From Gammaproteobacteria bacterium (lineage in GTDB: Bacteria > Pseudomonadota > Gammaproteobacteria > JADZEE01), in the NCBI GenBank assembly GCA_020850735.1, contig JADZEE010000052.1, positions 21,411 to 85,410 on the forward strand: a stretch of DNA of 64,000 nt. The letters run 5' to 3'. Every line of letters begins with the position of its first letter. Within the stretch, counting starts at the first letter, position 1. This document shows, piece by piece, positions 1 to 11,410 of this stretch. Below the pieces are notes generated by a model that was not told the DNA's origin, searched no databases, and saw only the letters and a list, made by a program, of their open reading frames with translations. Made by a program: the position numbers and the translations under genes.

Positions 1-1052
1 TGCGCCGCCTGGGTCTGCGGGAGATCGACGGTGATCTGGTGCTCGACGCCAGCCATTTCGATCTCCCGCCGGAGGATCCGGGCGGCTTCGACCAGCAGCC
101 TTACCGCTCCTACAACGTGGCGCCGAGCGCCCTGCTGGTGAATTTCCGCACGGTGCATTTCGAGGTTCGCGGCGCCAGCACGGGGATCGAAGTGCAAACC
201 GATCCGAAGCCGGCGAACCTGAAGATCAACAACCGCATCAAGGCCGACGAGGGCCCCTGCGCCGGCGGCCGCAACACGGTCAACTTTCAGGTCGACGACC
301 CCGCCAGCGTGGCCAGCATCACCTTGAGCGGCGTGTTCCCGCGCCGCTGCGGGGTGTACGATTTCTCGCGCGCCGTGCTCACTCCCGAAAGCTACGTGCA
401 TGGACTTTTTCAGACCCTGTGGCGCCAGCTCGGCGGGACCTTCGAGGGCGGTTTTCGCAGCGGCGACCTGCCACCGAAACACAAACCGCTCCTGACCTGG
501 GAGTCCAGGCCGCTGGCGGAGGTCATCCGCGGGCTCAACAAGTGGAGCAACAACACCATGGCGCGCTCCCTGCTCCTCACCCTCGGCGCCGACTGGCACG
601 GCGCGCCCGGTACGCCGGAGAACGGCGCCCGAGCGGTGCAGGAGCTGCTCGCCAAGCGCGGCATCGGGACGCAGGGGCTGCACATCGTCAACGGCAGCGG
701 CCTCGCCCGCGAGACGCGCATCAGCGCGCAGACGCTCGCCGACATGCTGGTGCACGCCTGGCATTCACCGTGGATGTCGGAGTTCATCTCCTCGCTGCCG
801 ATCGCCGGCATCGACGGCACCATGCGCAAGCGTCTGAAGCGGGGGCCGGAAACCGGCCGCATGCACGTGAAAACGGGCTTGCTCAACGACGTCTCGGCGG
901 TCGCCGGCTACGTTCACGGTGCCGACGGCCGCACCTACGTGGTCGTGTCGATCTTCAACCACAAGGGGCCGCCATACGGCATTGGCCGCGAGATCCACGA
1001 CACGCTGTTGTCCTGGGTATACCGTGAATCCATACACGACGCGGATCGCTGA
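1..1052 (+). CDS. dacB: D-alanyl-D-alanine carboxypeptidase/endopeptidase, PBP4 family (5' end outside window)
   Basis: The frame of ORF 39..1052 stays open to the window edge (RRLGLREIDGDLVLDASHFD...). Penicillin-binding motifs are present: SNN (KWSNNTMARSL) and KTG (HVKTGLLNDVSAVAGY). The overall pattern is PBP4-like. Confidence 0.8.
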   Translation, partial: RRLGLREIDGDLVLDASHFDLPPEDPGGFDQQPYRSYNVAPSALLVNFRTVHFEVRGASTGIEVQTDPKPANLKINNRIKADEGPCAGGRNTVNFQVDDPASVASITLSGVFPRRCGVYDFSRAVLTPESYVHGLFQTLWRQLGGTFEGGFRSGDLPPKHKPLLTWESRPLAEVIRGLNKWSNNTMARSLLLTLGADWHGAPGTPENGARAVQELLAKRGIGTQGLHIVNGSGLARETRISAQTLADMLVHAWHSPWMSEFISSLPIAGIDGTMRKRLKRGPETGRMHVKTGLLNDVSAVAGYVHGADGRTYVVVSIFNHKGPPYGIGREIHDTLLSWVYRESIHDADR

Positions 1053-1336
1053 CGCGCGCCCGGTGGCCGGCGTGCTGCTGTGCGCCAATGGCGGCCGCGG
1101 CGGGCGCTGGTCGAGCGTCGCGCCACCGGCCGCCGCCTGACCGGGATCGACGCCCGCCTTCGGCGCGGGCGGGAGTCAACGGCCGGCGCTTGCGGCCAGC
1201 GAGGCGCGCTCCTACCCTGTCGCGTAGCGCTGTCGTGCCGGCGGTGCGCACGCGCACACCCGAACGGGTGGTTGTCCCCGGCGCCCGCTTGACCGAGCGT
1301 GCCCGCATCTCTAGACCACGTGCAGGAGGTGGCCCC

Positions 1337-2461
1337 ATGAACGACCTGTCCAACGCACCCGGCCGATCCGGGTACATCAAGCCCTACATGGCTCTCGCCC
1401 TGCAGCCGCAGATGCGCGGCGCGCACCGGCGCGAGGACATCATGCTCAACATCGAGCACATCACCGAGCTCATGCACGCCGCGGTATGGCTGTGCGGGAT
1501 CGACCTGCCGGTGCGCCTCATGGCCCTGCCCGAGGGCGCGCTGCAGGGCTTCACGGACGAGATCTTCGACTGGGACCACGAGGAGTACGTCGACAAGCTC
1601 GCCATGGATCTTCCCGGGCCGGAGTCGCGCGCGCTCGGCGCGCTCGCGCGCGAGTTCAAGGCCTGGATCATCGCCCAGGCCAAAGTGACTCACCCGGAAT
1701 TTCCGAAGCGGTTCTTCAACTGCGGATTCATCTTCGGACCCGACGGCGAAATCATCCACAAGCACTACAAGCTGCAGGTGTTCGCGCGCGAGCACTCCAC
1801 CGTGCCGCACGACGTATGGGATCAGTGGACGCAGCTCTACGGCACGGGCCTGGACGCCTTCTACCCGGTGGCGCAGACCGACATCGGCAACATCGGTATC
1901 AACATCTGCATGGAAGGCTCGTTCCCGGAGACCTCCCGGGGTCTGGCCATGAACGGTGCCGAGATCATCTACCGGCCGAGCTACCCCGAGCCCTATGTCG
2001 CCAACGGCATCTGGGAGGTGCAGAACCGCGCCCGCGCGATCGACAACACCTGCTTCGTCATCGCGCCCAATCCCGGCTCCTACCTGACCCTGCCCGACGG
2101 CAAGTACCCCATCGACGCCTTCGGCGGCAATTCGATGATCGTCGACTACCAGGGCCGGGTGGTCTCCAACCACAAGGCCGGCGGCAACTCGTCCTGGGCC
2201 GGCGGAGTCCTCGACGTGGAGGCGCTGCGCGAGTACCGGGCCGAATCGCTGTGGGGCAACTGGATGAAGGATCTGCGCACGGAACAGTACCGGCTCATCT
2301 ACGACGAGCCGATCTATCCGAAGAACGTCTACCTGGACCACGGCCCCGTCAAGCACGCCGACAAGGATCGCCTGTTCCGCGAATCGGTCGAACGGCTGCA
2401 GCAGCGTGGTATCTGGCGCCGACCGACGCCGGTCGGAACGGGTACACCGGAAAAAGTCTGA
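1337..2461 (+). CDS. carbon-nitrogen hydrolase (nitrilase superfamily amidase-like)
   Basis: The ATG at 1337 is preceded by AGGAGG (1325-1330); the ORF-track start at 1088 is an Arg/Pro-rich extension. Candidate Glu-Lys-Cys triad contexts are LPEGALQGF, HKHYKLQVF and INICMEGSFPE. Confidence 0.85.
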   Translation: MNDLSNAPGRSGYIKPYMALALQPQMRGAHRREDIMLNIEHITELMHAAVWLCGIDLPVRLMALPEGALQGFTDEIFDWDHEEYVDKLAMDLPGPESRALGALAREFKAWIIAQAKVTHPEFPKRFFNCGFIFGPDGEIIHKHYKLQVFAREHSTVPHDVWDQWTQLYGTGLDAFYPVAQTDIGNIGINICMEGSFPETSRGLAMNGAEIIYRPSYPEPYVANGIWEVQNRARAIDNTCFVIAPNPGSYLTLPDGKYPIDAFGGNSMIVDYQGRVVSNHKAGGNSSWAGGVLDVEALREYRAESLWGNWMKDLRTEQYRLIYDEPIYPKNVYLDHGPVKHADKDRLFRESVERLQQRGIWRRPTPVGTGTPEKV

Positions 2462-2548
2462 GAGCTTGTGCCACCCGGGTGTGACGAGCGGGCGGTGCGC
2501 GGCGTAGACTCGCTATCATCGGCGTCGGCCGATTGAGGTGACCGGTCC

Positions 2549-3283
2549 ATGGCAACTGCCATGCAGGCGGCCACGCACAGCGCGCTGGCGCTGGCCGTCG
2601 CCAGAATTCATCGCAGCCGCAGCGCGTCGGCCCTGCGGCGGACTTTCTTCGAGGTCGCCCCGACGCTGGTGGACGCGGACGCGTTCGGCCTGTACCTGCT
2701 CGACGACCGGCTGCACCGCAAGGCGGTGTTTGCGACCCTCGCCGAACGCGAGTTCCTCGAGGCCTACGAAGCACTGCGCGATTCCGATCCGTGCTTTCGC
2801 GCCCTGATCGACCGGCGCCGCTTCACGCACACGCTGGAAGTGATCGACGAGCCGGCCTGGGTCGATCACCCGCTGTGCCGCCTGATGTCGCAATGGGGCC
2901 TGCGTTATTCGATCGCGGCGCCGCTGGTCATTGCCGGCCGCCTGGTCGGCACCATCAACTTCGCCCGTTGCGGGCGCGGCTACTTCGATCCGGACTCACT
3001 GGTACGGGCGCGTTTCCTGTGCGAGGAATTCGACTTCGCGTTCGCCCGAATCGCCCACATCGAAGCGCTCGAACGGCTTGCCCGTCCACCGTCGCCGGCA
3101 CCCGCGCTGCAGATCCTGCCTGCGCGCACGCGCACGGTGGCGGAGCTGGCGGCCACGGGCCTCACCAATCGCGCGATCGCCGCGCAGCTCGGCATCAGTG
3201 ACAACACAGTTCGTGACCATCTCAAGCGCGCCTATGCCGCCCTCGGTGTGAACGGCCGTACCGCGCTCGCGCGCCGGCTGTGA
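2549..3283 (+). CDS. LuxR-family transcriptional regulator with GAF-like N-terminal domain
   Basis: C-terminal LuxR/FixJ HTH (TRTVAELAATGLTNRAIAAQLGISDNTVRDHLKRAYAALGV). The N-terminal ~170 aa are GAF-like (IAAPLVIAGRLVGTINFAR). Confidence 0.85.
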   Translation: MATAMQAATHSALALAVARIHRSRSASALRRTFFEVAPTLVDADAFGLYLLDDRLHRKAVFATLAEREFLEAYEALRDSDPCFRALIDRRRFTHTLEVIDEPAWVDHPLCRLMSQWGLRYSIAAPLVIAGRLVGTINFARCGRGYFDPDSLVRARFLCEEFDFAFARIAHIEALERLARPPSPAPALQILPARTRTVAELAATGLTNRAIAAQLGISDNTVRDHLKRAYAALGVNGRTALARRL

Positions 3284-3285
3284 CG

Positions 3286-3305
3286 GCGCGCGCCGGCCCG
3301 CGCGC
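3286..3305. terminator. GC hairpin between the convergent LuxR and lon genes (possible bidirectional terminator)
   Basis: GCGCGCG-CCGGCC-CGCGCGC is a perfect 7-bp stem lying exactly between two stop codons. There is no U-tract, so the call is weak. Confidence 0.3.
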
Positions 3306-3307
3306 AC

Positions 3308-5767
3308 TCAGGCGCCGGCCGGCACATCCTCCAGCGCCGCCGCGAGCGCGTCGTCGACGCTCTCCAGCCAGACGAGCTCGAGCTGTTCACGCGCCGCGGC
3401 GGGCACTTCCTCGAGATCGCGGCGATTGCGCGCCGGCAGCAACACCCGCGTGACTCCGGCGCGCAGCGCCGCCAGCACTTTTTCCTTGACACCACCGACG
3501 GGCAGCACCAGGCCGCGCAGGCTGATCTCGCCGGTCATGGCCGTGTCGCTGCGCACCACGCGATCGCTCACCAGCGACACCAGCGCGGTGAACATGGCCA
3601 CACCCGCGCTCGGACCGTCCTTGGGCACCGCGCCAGCCGGCACGTGCACGTGCACGTCGATTTTCTCGAAGCCGAGTGGATCGGCGCCCAGGCTCGCGGC
3701 CCGCGCCTTGACCAGCGACAGGGCCGTCTGCGCGCTTTCCTTCATGACGTCACCGAGCTGGCCGGTGAGTATCAGCCGGCCGCTGCCCGGTACACGCGAA
3801 GCCTCCACGAACAGGATGTCACCCCCCACCGGCGTCCAGGCGAGACCGGTGGCCACGCCCGGCAGACCGGTGCGCATCGCCACCTCGCGTTCGTGGCGTG
3901 CGGGCCCGAGGATCGCGCGCACTTCGGCGGGATCGACCTGCGCGGGCACGGCGGCGTCCTCGGCGAGCCGCACGGCCAGATTGCGCAGCACCGCCCCGAT
4001 CTCGCGCTCCAGATTGCGCACGCCCGCTTCGCGCGTGTAGTCGCGCACGAGGATCTGCAGCGCCGCCGTATCCAGCTCCCCCTGCCCCGTCGCGGCGATA
4101 CCGTTCGCCTCGCGCTGGCGCGGCACCAGGTAGCGGCGCGCGATCTCCAGTTTCTCCTCTTCGGTGTAGCCTGGCAGCTCGATCACCTCCATGCGATCGC
4201 GCAGCGGTCCGGGTATGGTGTCGAGCACGTTGGCGGTGGCGACGAACAGGATCCGCGACAAATCGAACGGTACCGCCAGGTAGTTGTCGCGGAAACTCGA
4301 GTTCTGCTCCGGATCGAGCACTTCGAGCAGGGCCGACGACGGATCGCCGTGGAAGCCGCCCGCGCCGAGCTTGTCGATCTCGTCGAGCATGAACACGGCA
4401 TGGGTGGTGCCCGCCTTGCGCAGCCCCTGCATGATGTTGCCCGGCAGCGCGCCGACGTAGGTCCGCCGGTGGCCGCGGATCTCGGCCTCGTCGTGCACGC
4501 CGCCGAGGCTCACGCGGATGAACTTGCGTCCGGTCGCGCGTGCGATGCTCTGCCCGAGCGAGGTCTTGCCGACTCCCGGCGGGCCGACGAAGCACAGGAT
4601 CGGACTCTTGCCCGCCGGGTTGAGCTTGCGCACGGCCAGGTACTCGAGGATGCGCCGCTTGATCTTGTCGAGCCCGTAATGGTCCGTCTCGAGTATCGTC
4701 CGTGCCGCGGTCACGTCGATGACTTCGGTCTCCTCGCTGCGCCACGGCAGCTCGACCATCCAGTCGAGGTAAGTACGGGTGAGTGAGGATTCCGCTGCGC
4801 CCTCGGGCATGCGCTCGAGCCGGCGCAGCTCCTTGAGCACCTGCGCGTGAACCTCCTGGGGCATGCCCGCACGCTCGATCGCCTCGCGCAGCTCGGCGAG
4901 CTCCTCGGCCTGGTCCTCGCCTTCGCCGAGCTCCTTCTGGATGGTCTTGAGCTGCTCGCGCAGCAGGTGCCGGCGCTGCTGCTCGCCGAGCGTCTCGCGA
5001 GTCTGATCGCTGATCTGGCGCGACAGGCGCAGCACCTCGATGCGCCGATTCAGGTGCCGGAGCACCGTGTCCATCCGCCGGCGCAGATCGAAAGTCTCGA
5101 GGACGGTCTGCTTTTCCTCCAGCTCGATGTCGAGCAGGCTGGCGATGAGATCCGCCAGGCGCGCCGGTGAGCTGATGCCGCGCAGCGCCGCGGCGATCTC
5201 GGCGGGTGCCTCGGGCAGCAGATCCAGGATCTCACCCGCGCGTTCGCGCAGGGTCAATGCGCGCGCTTCGATCTCCGGGGTCTCGGGCTCGGCCTCGGTC
5301 ACCGCTGCGACACGCGCGACCAGGAACGGCCAGCCCTCGAGAAACTGCAGCACACGCACGCGCTGCTCGCCCTGGCAGATGAGGTGATGGGCGCCGTCGG
5401 GCGCCGCCATGTCGCGCATGACCGTGGCGACGGTGCCGACCCAGTGCAGATCATCCGCGCCCGGCTCGTCGATACCCGGATCGCGCTGGAGGAACACTCC
5501 GAGCCGGCGGCCGTCGCTCACGGCCGCGCGCACGCCGGCCTGGCAGCGGCGCCGGCCGACGCCGATGGGAACGATGACGCCCGGGAACAGCACGACGTTG
5601 CGCACGGGCAGCACGATGAGGGCATCTTCGGGCAAGGGTCGGATCTTGCCGGGGTCTTGCGGCTGCGGCACCCCCAGGCTGCCGGGGGCGGCGGCGGGCT
5701 CCTCGCCCAGCGTGGCGACGGGGAGCGGGGCTCGACCTGGGAAATTATCGTGCGCATTCATGGGCAT
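3308..5767 (-). CDS. lon: ATP-dependent Lon protease (LonA type)
   Basis: LON N-domain ([16 protein letters not shown]), Walker A (GPPGVGKTS), Walker B (FMLDEIDK) and protease Ser/Lys motifs ([11 protein letters not shown] ... [10 protein letters not shown]). The start was trimmed to ATG 5767 (MPMNAHD); the ORF-track N-terminus (TRTRTR...) is an alternate-frame read of the upstream acidic ORF. Confidence 0.95.
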   Translation of the reverse strand: MPMNAHDNFPGRAPLPVATLGEEPAAAPGSLGVPQPQDPGKIRPLPEDALIVLPVRNVVLFPGVIVPIGVGRRRCQAGVRAAVSDGRRLGVFLQRDPGIDEPGADDLHWVGTVATVMRDMAAPDGAHHLICQGEQRVRVLQFLEGWPFLVARVAAVTEAEPETPEIEARALTLRERAGEILDLLPEAPAEIAAALRGISSPARLADLIASLLDIELEEKQTVLETFDLRRRMDTVLRHLNRRIEVLRLSRQISDQTRETLGEQQRRHLLREQLKTIQKELGEGEDQAEELAELREAIERAGMPQEVHAQVLKELRRLERMPEGAAESSLTRTYLDWMVELPWRSEETEVIDVTAARTILETDHYGLDKIKRRILEYLAVRKLNPAGKSPILCFVGPPGVGKTSLGQSIARATGRKFIRVSLGGVHDEAEIRGHRRTYVGALPGNIMQGLRKAGTTHAVFMLDEIDKLGAGGFHGDPSSALLEVLDPEQNSSFRDNYLAVPFDLSRILFVATANVLDTIPGPLRDRMEVIELPGYTEEEKLEIARRYLVPRQREANGIAATGQGELDTAALQILVRDYTREAGVRNLEREIGAVLRNLAVRLAEDAAVPAQVDPAEVRAILGPARHEREVAMRTGLPGVATGLAWTPVGGDILFVEASRVPGSGRLILTGQLGDVMKESAQTALSLVKARAASLGADPLGFEKIDVHVHVPAGAVPKDGPSAGVAMFTALVSLVSDRVVRSDTAMTGEISLRGLVLPVGGVKEKVLAALRAGVTRVLLPARNRRDLEEVPAAAREQLELVWLESVDDALAAALEDVPAGA

Positions 5768-5818
5768 GAGACTCCGGCACTGCGCCAGCCGCGGCGCGGA
5801 TGGCGGCACCTGCCCTCT

Positions 5819-5848
5819 TAAGATGGTTGCTGGCGCGCAGAATTCAAG
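5819..5848 (-). promoter_or_regulatory. candidate sigma-32 (heat-shock) type promoter for lon
   Basis: The minus strand reads CTTGAA-N16-CCATCTTA about 50 nt upstream of the lon ATG. This resembles the CTTGAA / CCCCATNT heat-shock consensus known for E. coli lon. Confidence 0.35.
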
Positions 5849-5882
5849 CGCGCGGCGGTCCGGGGCGCCAGGCCCGCCCGCC

Positions 5883-6188
<306 letters not shown>

Positions 6189-6300
6189 TGGCAGCTCTCC
6201 GTGTTGGCAGATCGACGCTGTGCGCCGGCGTGCCATGGCACGCGGGCGCTGTAGATCTTACCCCGCAAACCCCGGCGGATGGATGATCCCCCGCACCGTC

Positions 6301-7998
6301 TCAGGCGCTGCGTTGCTCGCCGATCCCGAGCTCGGTGGACATCCGTTCACGCATGACGAATTTCTGGATCTTGCCGGTGACGGTCATGGGGAACTCGTCG
6401 ACGAAACGCACGTGGCGCGGCACCTTGTAGTGGGCAATGCGATCCCGGCACCAGGCCTTGAGCTCGTCCTCATCGGCCGCAGCGCCCGGTTTGAGCCGCA
6501 CCCACGCACACAACTCCTCGCCGTATTTCGAATCCGGGACGCCGAACACCGACACGTCCTGCACCTTCGGGTGGGTGTACAGGAACTCCTCGACCTCGCG
6601 CGGGTAGATGTTCTCGCCACCGCGGATCACCATGTCCTTCACGCGGCCGACGATGTTGCAATAGCCGTCGGCGTCGAGCACGGCGAGATCGCCGGTGTGC
6701 ATCCAGCCCGCGGCGTCGATGGCTTCGGCCGTGCGCTCGGGATCGTCCCAGTAGCCGCGCATCACCGAATAACCGCGGGTGAGCAGCTCGCCGCGACACC
6801 CGCGCGGCACCATGCGTGCGGACTCGTCGACGATCTTCACCTCCACGTGCGGGTGGACCCGGCCTACCGTCGATACGCGTCGTTCGAGCGGATCGGTGGT
6901 GCCGGACTGGAAGCTGACCGGGCTCGTCTCGGTCATGCCGTAGGCGATGGTCACCTCGGTCATGTGCATCTCGTGCACGACCCGTTTCATGACCTCCATC
7001 GGACAGGGCGCGCCGGCCATGATCCCCGTGCGCAGGCTGGACAGATCGAACTGCGCGAACCGCGGATGCTCCAGCTCGGCGATGAACATGGTCGGTACGC
7101 CGAAAAGTGCCGTGCAGCGTTCCTGCGCGACGGCTTCCAGGGTGAGCAGCGGATCGAAGCCGTCGTTCGGGTAGACGATCGTCGCCCCGTGGCTGAGACA
7201 GCTCAGATTACCCATGACCATGCCGAAGCAGTGGTACAGCGGTACCGGTATGCACAGGCGGTCGTGCTCGGTGATGCGCATCGCCGCACCGACGAAGTAG
7301 CCGTTGTTGAGAATGTTGACGTGGGTGAGCGTGGCACCCTTGGGCGAGCCGGTGGTGCCGCTGGTGAACTGGATGTTGATGGGATCGTCGGGCTGGAGCT
7401 CCTCGCCGAGCGCGGCGAGCCGCTGGCGCTGCGCCGCCCCGGCGAGCGTCGCGACGGCGTCGAAGTTGAGAAACCCCGGTGTCGGATCCTCGCCGAGCCG
7501 CACCAGCCACTCGAGCCGTGGCAGCCGCGCCGCCGTGAGCCTGCCGGGTACGCAGGCGTCGAGTTCGGGCGCGAGCCGGCGCAGCATCTCGATGTAGTCG
7601 CTGCTCTTGAACCGGCTCGCGGTGATCAGCGCGCGGCAGCCGACCTTGTTCAGCGCGTACTCGAGTTCGTGCACGCGGTAGGCGGGATTGATGTTCACCT
7701 GGATGAGCCCGGCCCGGGCCGTCGCGAGCTGGGTGAGCAGCCATTCGATGCAGTTCGGCGCCCACACGCCGACGCGGTCACCCGGCTCGAGGCCCATGGC
7801 GAGCAAACCGGCCGCAAGCGCCTCGGTGCGCGCGCCGAGCTCGTGCCAGCTCATGCGCACGTTCTGGTGGCGGACCACCACGGCCTCGCGCCCGGCCCAG
7901 CGGCGCACCGCCTCGTCCAGCGCCCGGCCGATGGTCTGGTAGCGCAGCGGCGTGTCGCTCACGCCGTGGACGTAGCTGTACTGTGCGGGACTGTCCAT
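6301..7998 (-). CDS. AMP-binding acyl-CoA synthetase / fatty-acid-CoA ligase
   Basis: AMP-binding motifs are present: [45 protein letters not shown] and C-terminal GKIQKF. Confidence 0.9.
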   Translation of the reverse strand: MDSPAQYSYVHGVSDTPLRYQTIGRALDEAVRRWAGREAVVVRHQNVRMSWHELGARTEALAAGLLAMGLEPGDRVGVWAPNCIEWLLTQLATARAGLIQVNINPAYRVHELEYALNKVGCRALITASRFKSSDYIEMLRRLAPELDACVPGRLTAARLPRLEWLVRLGEDPTPGFLNFDAVATLAGAAQRQRLAALGEELQPDDPINIQFTSGTTGSPKGATLTHVNILNNGYFVGAAMRITEHDRLCIPVPLYHCFGMVMGNLSCLSHGATIVYPNDGFDPLLTLEAVAQERCTALFGVPTMFIAELEHPRFAQFDLSSLRTGIMAGAPCPMEVMKRVVHEMHMTEVTIAYGMTETSPVSFQSGTTDPLERRVSTVGRVHPHVEVKIVDESARMVPRGCRGELLTRGYSVMRGYWDDPERTAEAIDAAGWMHTGDLAVLDADGYCNIVGRVKDMVIRGGENIYPREVEEFLYTHPKVQDVSVFGVPDSKYGEELCAWVRLKPGAAADEDELKAWCRDRIAHYKVPRHVRFVDEFPMTVTGKIQKFVMRERMSTELGIGEQRSA

Positions 7999-8188
7999 CG
8001 TGCTCTCTCCGGTCGCGGTGCCGCGACGGCGATGGCCGGACGGATGGCCGCCACGAACCGCATGCCGCGCGCTGCTGGCGTGGATCCTACCGGCGCGCGC
8101 GCCGCGGCGCGACCCGGTGTGGGCAGGATGGGCCGCTTACTGGTTGAGGCTGCGCCGAAGCGCTGCGGGTGCGACTCCCGCGCCGGAC

Positions 8189-8368
8189 TCAGAGCTCGTG
8201 AAACACTCGCCCGCCGTAGCGAGACGGTTCCCGGGCGTTCCCGGCCAAGCGCGGGGGTGCACGAAAGCGCGCGCGTAGCGGGCCTGCGGAAACGATTTCG
8301 AGGGTCACCGCAACGCGGCCAGCAGGGGCCGTCGCAGCAGGCGCGGTGATGGTTTGACGAGCTCTCAG
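8189..8368 (+). repeat. MITE-like ~185-bp intergenic element, copy 1
   Basis: Terminal inverted repeats (C)AGAGCTCGTGAAAC ... GTTTGACGAGCTCT. Near-identical copies lie at 11411-11598 (same orientation) and 40090-40276 (inverted). Confidence 0.85.
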
Positions 8369-9105
8369 GAACGTGCGGTTCGCGTCGCGGAAGGCAGGCC
8401 GAGCAACAAGGCGCTCAGCATGAGCACGAAGCCGCCGGGCAGCGGCACGACACCGATCTGCAGGTGCAGGTTCCCGCTCGCGCTGTTGGTGCCGGCGGTC
8501 GTGGTGTAGGCCTGGACGAGAAAATTGTACTCGAGCCGATAGCGATGATCCGCGAGCAACGTGCCGGTCGGTGTGCCGATCACGAAGTTCGTCGCCGCAC
8601 CGGCGGTGCCGCCGGCCTCGCCGACCACGAAGCTCTCGCCGGCGACGTTGGTGCTTTCCTGCTTGTTGTGAAACAGCGTCGCCACGCCGGTCGTGATGTC
8701 CAGCAACTTGACCTCGAGAACCAGGCGGTTGGTTCCCTGCAGGCTGTAATTGCCGCTCAACGCGTAGGGCGTGTCGGCCGTCACGTCGAAGACGATGCCG
8801 TTGAGACCGCCGCCGGTGGCATGGGACTGCGAGTGCCCGCCCCCGGCACGCACATGATCGACGGTGATCAGGAAGCCGGAACCGTCGAACACATAGTGGG
8901 TCTCGTTGAAGGCGTTGCCGTCGCTGCGGACGTCGCCCGCATCGAGCGGGAAAGTCCCGCTGCGGGTGCCCTCCGCCAGGGAGCCGACACCATCCCAGGC
9001 GCGGGTGAACAAACCGGCCGAGACGAACTCGATTGTCGCGGCCCGAACGGGCACGGACGTCAGGAGCGCGACCAGCGCCAGGGTACCCACGCGGACGACG
9101 TTCAT
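8365..9105 (-). CDS. secreted protein with C-terminal VPLP/PEP-CTERM-like sorting signal
   Basis: The ATG at 9105 has GGAGAGG upstream. It has a signal peptide (MNVVRVGTLALVALLTSVPVRAA). The C-terminus is VPLPGGFVLMLSALLLGL followed by a basic tail, which is exosortase-type architecture. The stop codon lies inside the MITE end. Confidence 0.65.
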   Translation of the reverse strand: MNVVRVGTLALVALLTSVPVRAATIEFVSAGLFTRAWDGVGSLAEGTRSGTFPLDAGDVRSDGNAFNETHYVFDGSGFLITVDHVRAGGGHSQSHATGGGLNGIVFDVTADTPYALSGNYSLQGTNRLVLEVKLLDITTGVATLFHNKQESTNVAGESFVVGEAGGTAGAATNFVIGTPTGTLLADHRYRLEYNFLVQAYTTTAGTNSASGNLHLQIGVVPLPGGFVLMLSALLLGLPSATRTARS

Positions 9106-9360
9106 CACCAGCCTCTCCGTAGCCGGATCCGCCCGCGCCGCGCCTGGTCGTATCGCGGCCACCGTGCGTACCCCGATGTCCTGATGGTGCGTCACGCCCG
9201 GCATCGCTTCAAGGTCGCGGCCGTCAAGCTTTGTAACACATGTGGTCAAGGCCGCGGTGACGGCGGACCGTGCGCCCGGCCCTGCGCCCGCCCCGGCCGC
9301 GCCCGCATCAGCGCCGGCGGTGCTTATCGCGGGCGCGAGCGGTGCGTCGGACGGCGGAAC

Positions 9361-10785
9361 TCAGCTGCGCGCGAGTGGTGCGAGCCGCGGCCAGGGCCGG
9401 GCCTGCTCGAGCGTGGCCGCGAGGGCGAGCAGGGTCGCCTCGTCGCCGAACGGTGCGACGAATTGCATGCCGAGCGGCAGGCCGTCTTCGCAGCGCGCCA
9501 GCGGCAGCGAGATCGCCGGTTGACCGGTCATGTTGAACAGGGCCGTGAACGGCGCGTACGAGAATATGCGCTCGTGCCAGGCGCGGGCGTCGAGACCGGG
9601 CGCGTTCTGGTCGTAGGTGCCGATGGGCTGCGGCGCGAGCGCGCTCGTCGGCGTCAGCAGCAGGTCGTAGCGCTCGAAAAAAGCACCGACGCCTCGGCAG
9701 ATGGCGTTCGTGCGTCCGAGCGCACCGAGCAGATCGCGGGCCGACTGCGCCCGCCCGTGTTCATAGACCGCCAGCGTGCACGATTGCAGCGTGTCCGGGC
9801 CGATGGGCCGGCCCGTGGCCGCGGCGACGGCTTCGATCCACTCGGCCATGCAGCTCGGGTAGATCACCTGCGTCGCGCGATCGAAGGACTCCCAGTCGAC
9901 GGCGGGTGAATCCTCCACGAGCTCGTGGCCGAGCTCCGCGCACAGTCGTACGGTCGCCGCCAGCGCCGCCAGCACGTCCGGCGCCACCGGCACGCCCGAC
10001 CACGGCCGGCCCGTCCACGCGATCCGCAGGCGGCGCGGCGGTGCCATGATCTCCCGGGCATACGGCCGGCGCGGCGGCGCGATGATGTAGCTGGCACCCG
10101 TGTCGGCGCCCTGCACGGTGTCGAGCAGGATGGCGCTGTCGCGGACCGTGCGCGAGACGACGAATTCGACCCCGAAGCCGAGCAGCGGATCGGCGCTGTC
10201 CGGGCCGTTGGGAATGCGCCCGCGGGTGGGCTTGAGACCGACCAGGCCACAGCAGCCGGCAGGAATGCGGATCGATCCGCCGCCGTCGTTCGCGTGTGCG
10301 ACCGGCACGATACCGGCGGCGACCGCCGCGGCCGATCCGCCGCTCGAACCGCCGGCCATGCGCGCCGGATCCCACGGGTTGCGGGTGGCGCCCGTGGCGA
10401 CGGATTCGGCGCTGACGTTCCACCCGAACTCGGGCGTCGTCGTCCGTCCCAGGGTGACCAGCCCGGCGGCGCGAAAGCGCGCCATCAGATGCGTGTCGTG
10501 CGGCATCGTCAGGCCGGCGGCGAGGCGGCTGCCCATCTCCTGCCTGCGCCCGGCGGCGTGCAGCCCCACGTCCTTGATGAGAAACGGCACACCCGCGAAC
10601 GGCCCGTCCGCGTCCGCGCCGGCGTCCGGCTCGGCAAACACCTCGATGACCGCGTTGAGGCGCGGGTTGAGGCGTTCGAGCTGCGCGATCGCGGCCGCGC
10701 GCACCTGCGCAGCCGATACCTGTCCCGCGCGCAGCAGCTCGGCCAGCCCCGTCGCGTCCTGATCGATGTAGTCGTTGGTATCCAT
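9361..10785 (-). CDS. amidase (amidase-signature family)
   Basis: Gly/Ser-rich amidase-signature core ([14 protein letters not shown] ... [12 protein letters not shown]), about 470 aa. Confidence 0.9.
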   Translation of the reverse strand: MDTNDYIDQDATGLAELLRAGQVSAAQVRAAAIAQLERLNPRLNAVIEVFAEPDAGADADGPFAGVPFLIKDVGLHAAGRRQEMGSRLAAGLTMPHDTHLMARFRAAGLVTLGRTTTPEFGWNVSAESVATGATRNPWDPARMAGGSSGGSAAAVAAGIVPVAHANDGGGSIRIPAGCCGLVGLKPTRGRIPNGPDSADPLLGFGVEFVVSRTVRDSAILLDTVQGADTGASYIIAPPRRPYAREIMAPPRRLRIAWTGRPWSGVPVAPDVLAALAATVRLCAELGHELVEDSPAVDWESFDRATQVIYPSCMAEWIEAVAAATGRPIGPDTLQSCTLAVYEHGRAQSARDLLGALGRTNAICRGVGAFFERYDLLLTPTSALAPQPIGTYDQNAPGLDARAWHERIFSYAPFTALFNMTGQPAISLPLARCEDGLPLGMQFVAPFGDEATLLALAATLEQARPWPRLAPLARS

Positions 10786-10824
10786 GCCGGCTCCCTTGCG
10801 ATCCCGCGGCCCAGTGTACGTGTT

Positions 10825-11406
10825 TCAGGGCAACGCGATGCGCTGGCGGATGGCGTCGGCCATCGCGCCGACGCTGGTGCCCGCGTGCAAGGCCACCAGC
10901 GCCCGTCCGTCGCGGTTCACGAGGTAGACGAACAGGCTGTGATCGACGTAGCGCGGATCGGCAGGATTGGATCGGTACGCAGCCTTGAACCAGCTCGCCA
11001 CGGTTTCGATGGCCGCCGCGGATCCGGTCAGCCCGAGCAGGCGCGGATGCAGCCGGCTGACGTAGCGGCGCAGCCGCGCCGGCGAGTCGTATTCGGGGTC
11101 GACGGTGATGAACACGGGCTGCACCCCCGCGCCCGCGGCGCCGAGCCGCTGCAGTACCGCGCCGAGCGCATGCAGGGTGGCCGGACAATAATCCGGGCAG
11201 CGCGTGTAACCGAAATAGACGAGCAGCCGGGGCGCGGGTATGTCCTGCAGCGCGAGCGTGCGGCCGCGATCGTCGGTCAGCGTCACCGCCGGCAACCGGC
11301 TCGTCCCACGCGCGTGTCGGGCCGGCTGGTGTGCGGCCAGCCAGGCCAGGCTGGCGCACACGACGACGATGATCGCCGCCGCCGTCAGTGGCCAGCCGCT
11401 GCGCAC
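10825..11406 (-). CDS. SCO1/SenC family copper chaperone (thioredoxin fold)
   Basis: CPDYC (CxxxC) motif in YFGYTRCPDYCP plus a conserved DHS. The start is uncertain: ORF-track start 11487 lies inside the MITE copy, so I chose the in-frame GTG at 11406 before the TM segment (WPLTAAAIIVVVCASLAW). Confidence 0.75.
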   Translation of the reverse strand: MRSGWPLTAAAIIVVVCASLAWLAAHQPARHARGTSRLPAVTLTDDRGRTLALQDIPAPRLLVYFGYTRCPDYCPATLHALGAVLQRLGAAGAGVQPVFITVDPEYDSPARLRRYVSRLHPRLLGLTGSAAAIETVASWFKAAYRSNPADPRYVDHSLFVYLVNRDGRALVALHAGTSVGAMADAIRQRIALP

Positions 11407-11410
11407 GGCG

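Noticed and set aside
935-2356. Very long ORFs antisense to or overlapping confident genes. Examples: 935..2356(-), 6061..8349(+), 11521..13596(+), 14370..16493(+), 17084..19630(-), 19401..20612 part of 19401..21407(+), 21827..23308(-), 37033..39345(+), 43167..45500(+), 55945..58290(+), 61813..63174(+), 63183..63995(-).
   Set aside because: These are typical stop-codon-poor shadow frames of GC-rich coding DNA. Their translations are Arg/Ala/Gly/Pro-rich low-complexity sequence with no recognisable motifs, while the opposite or alternate frame encodes a clear family member.
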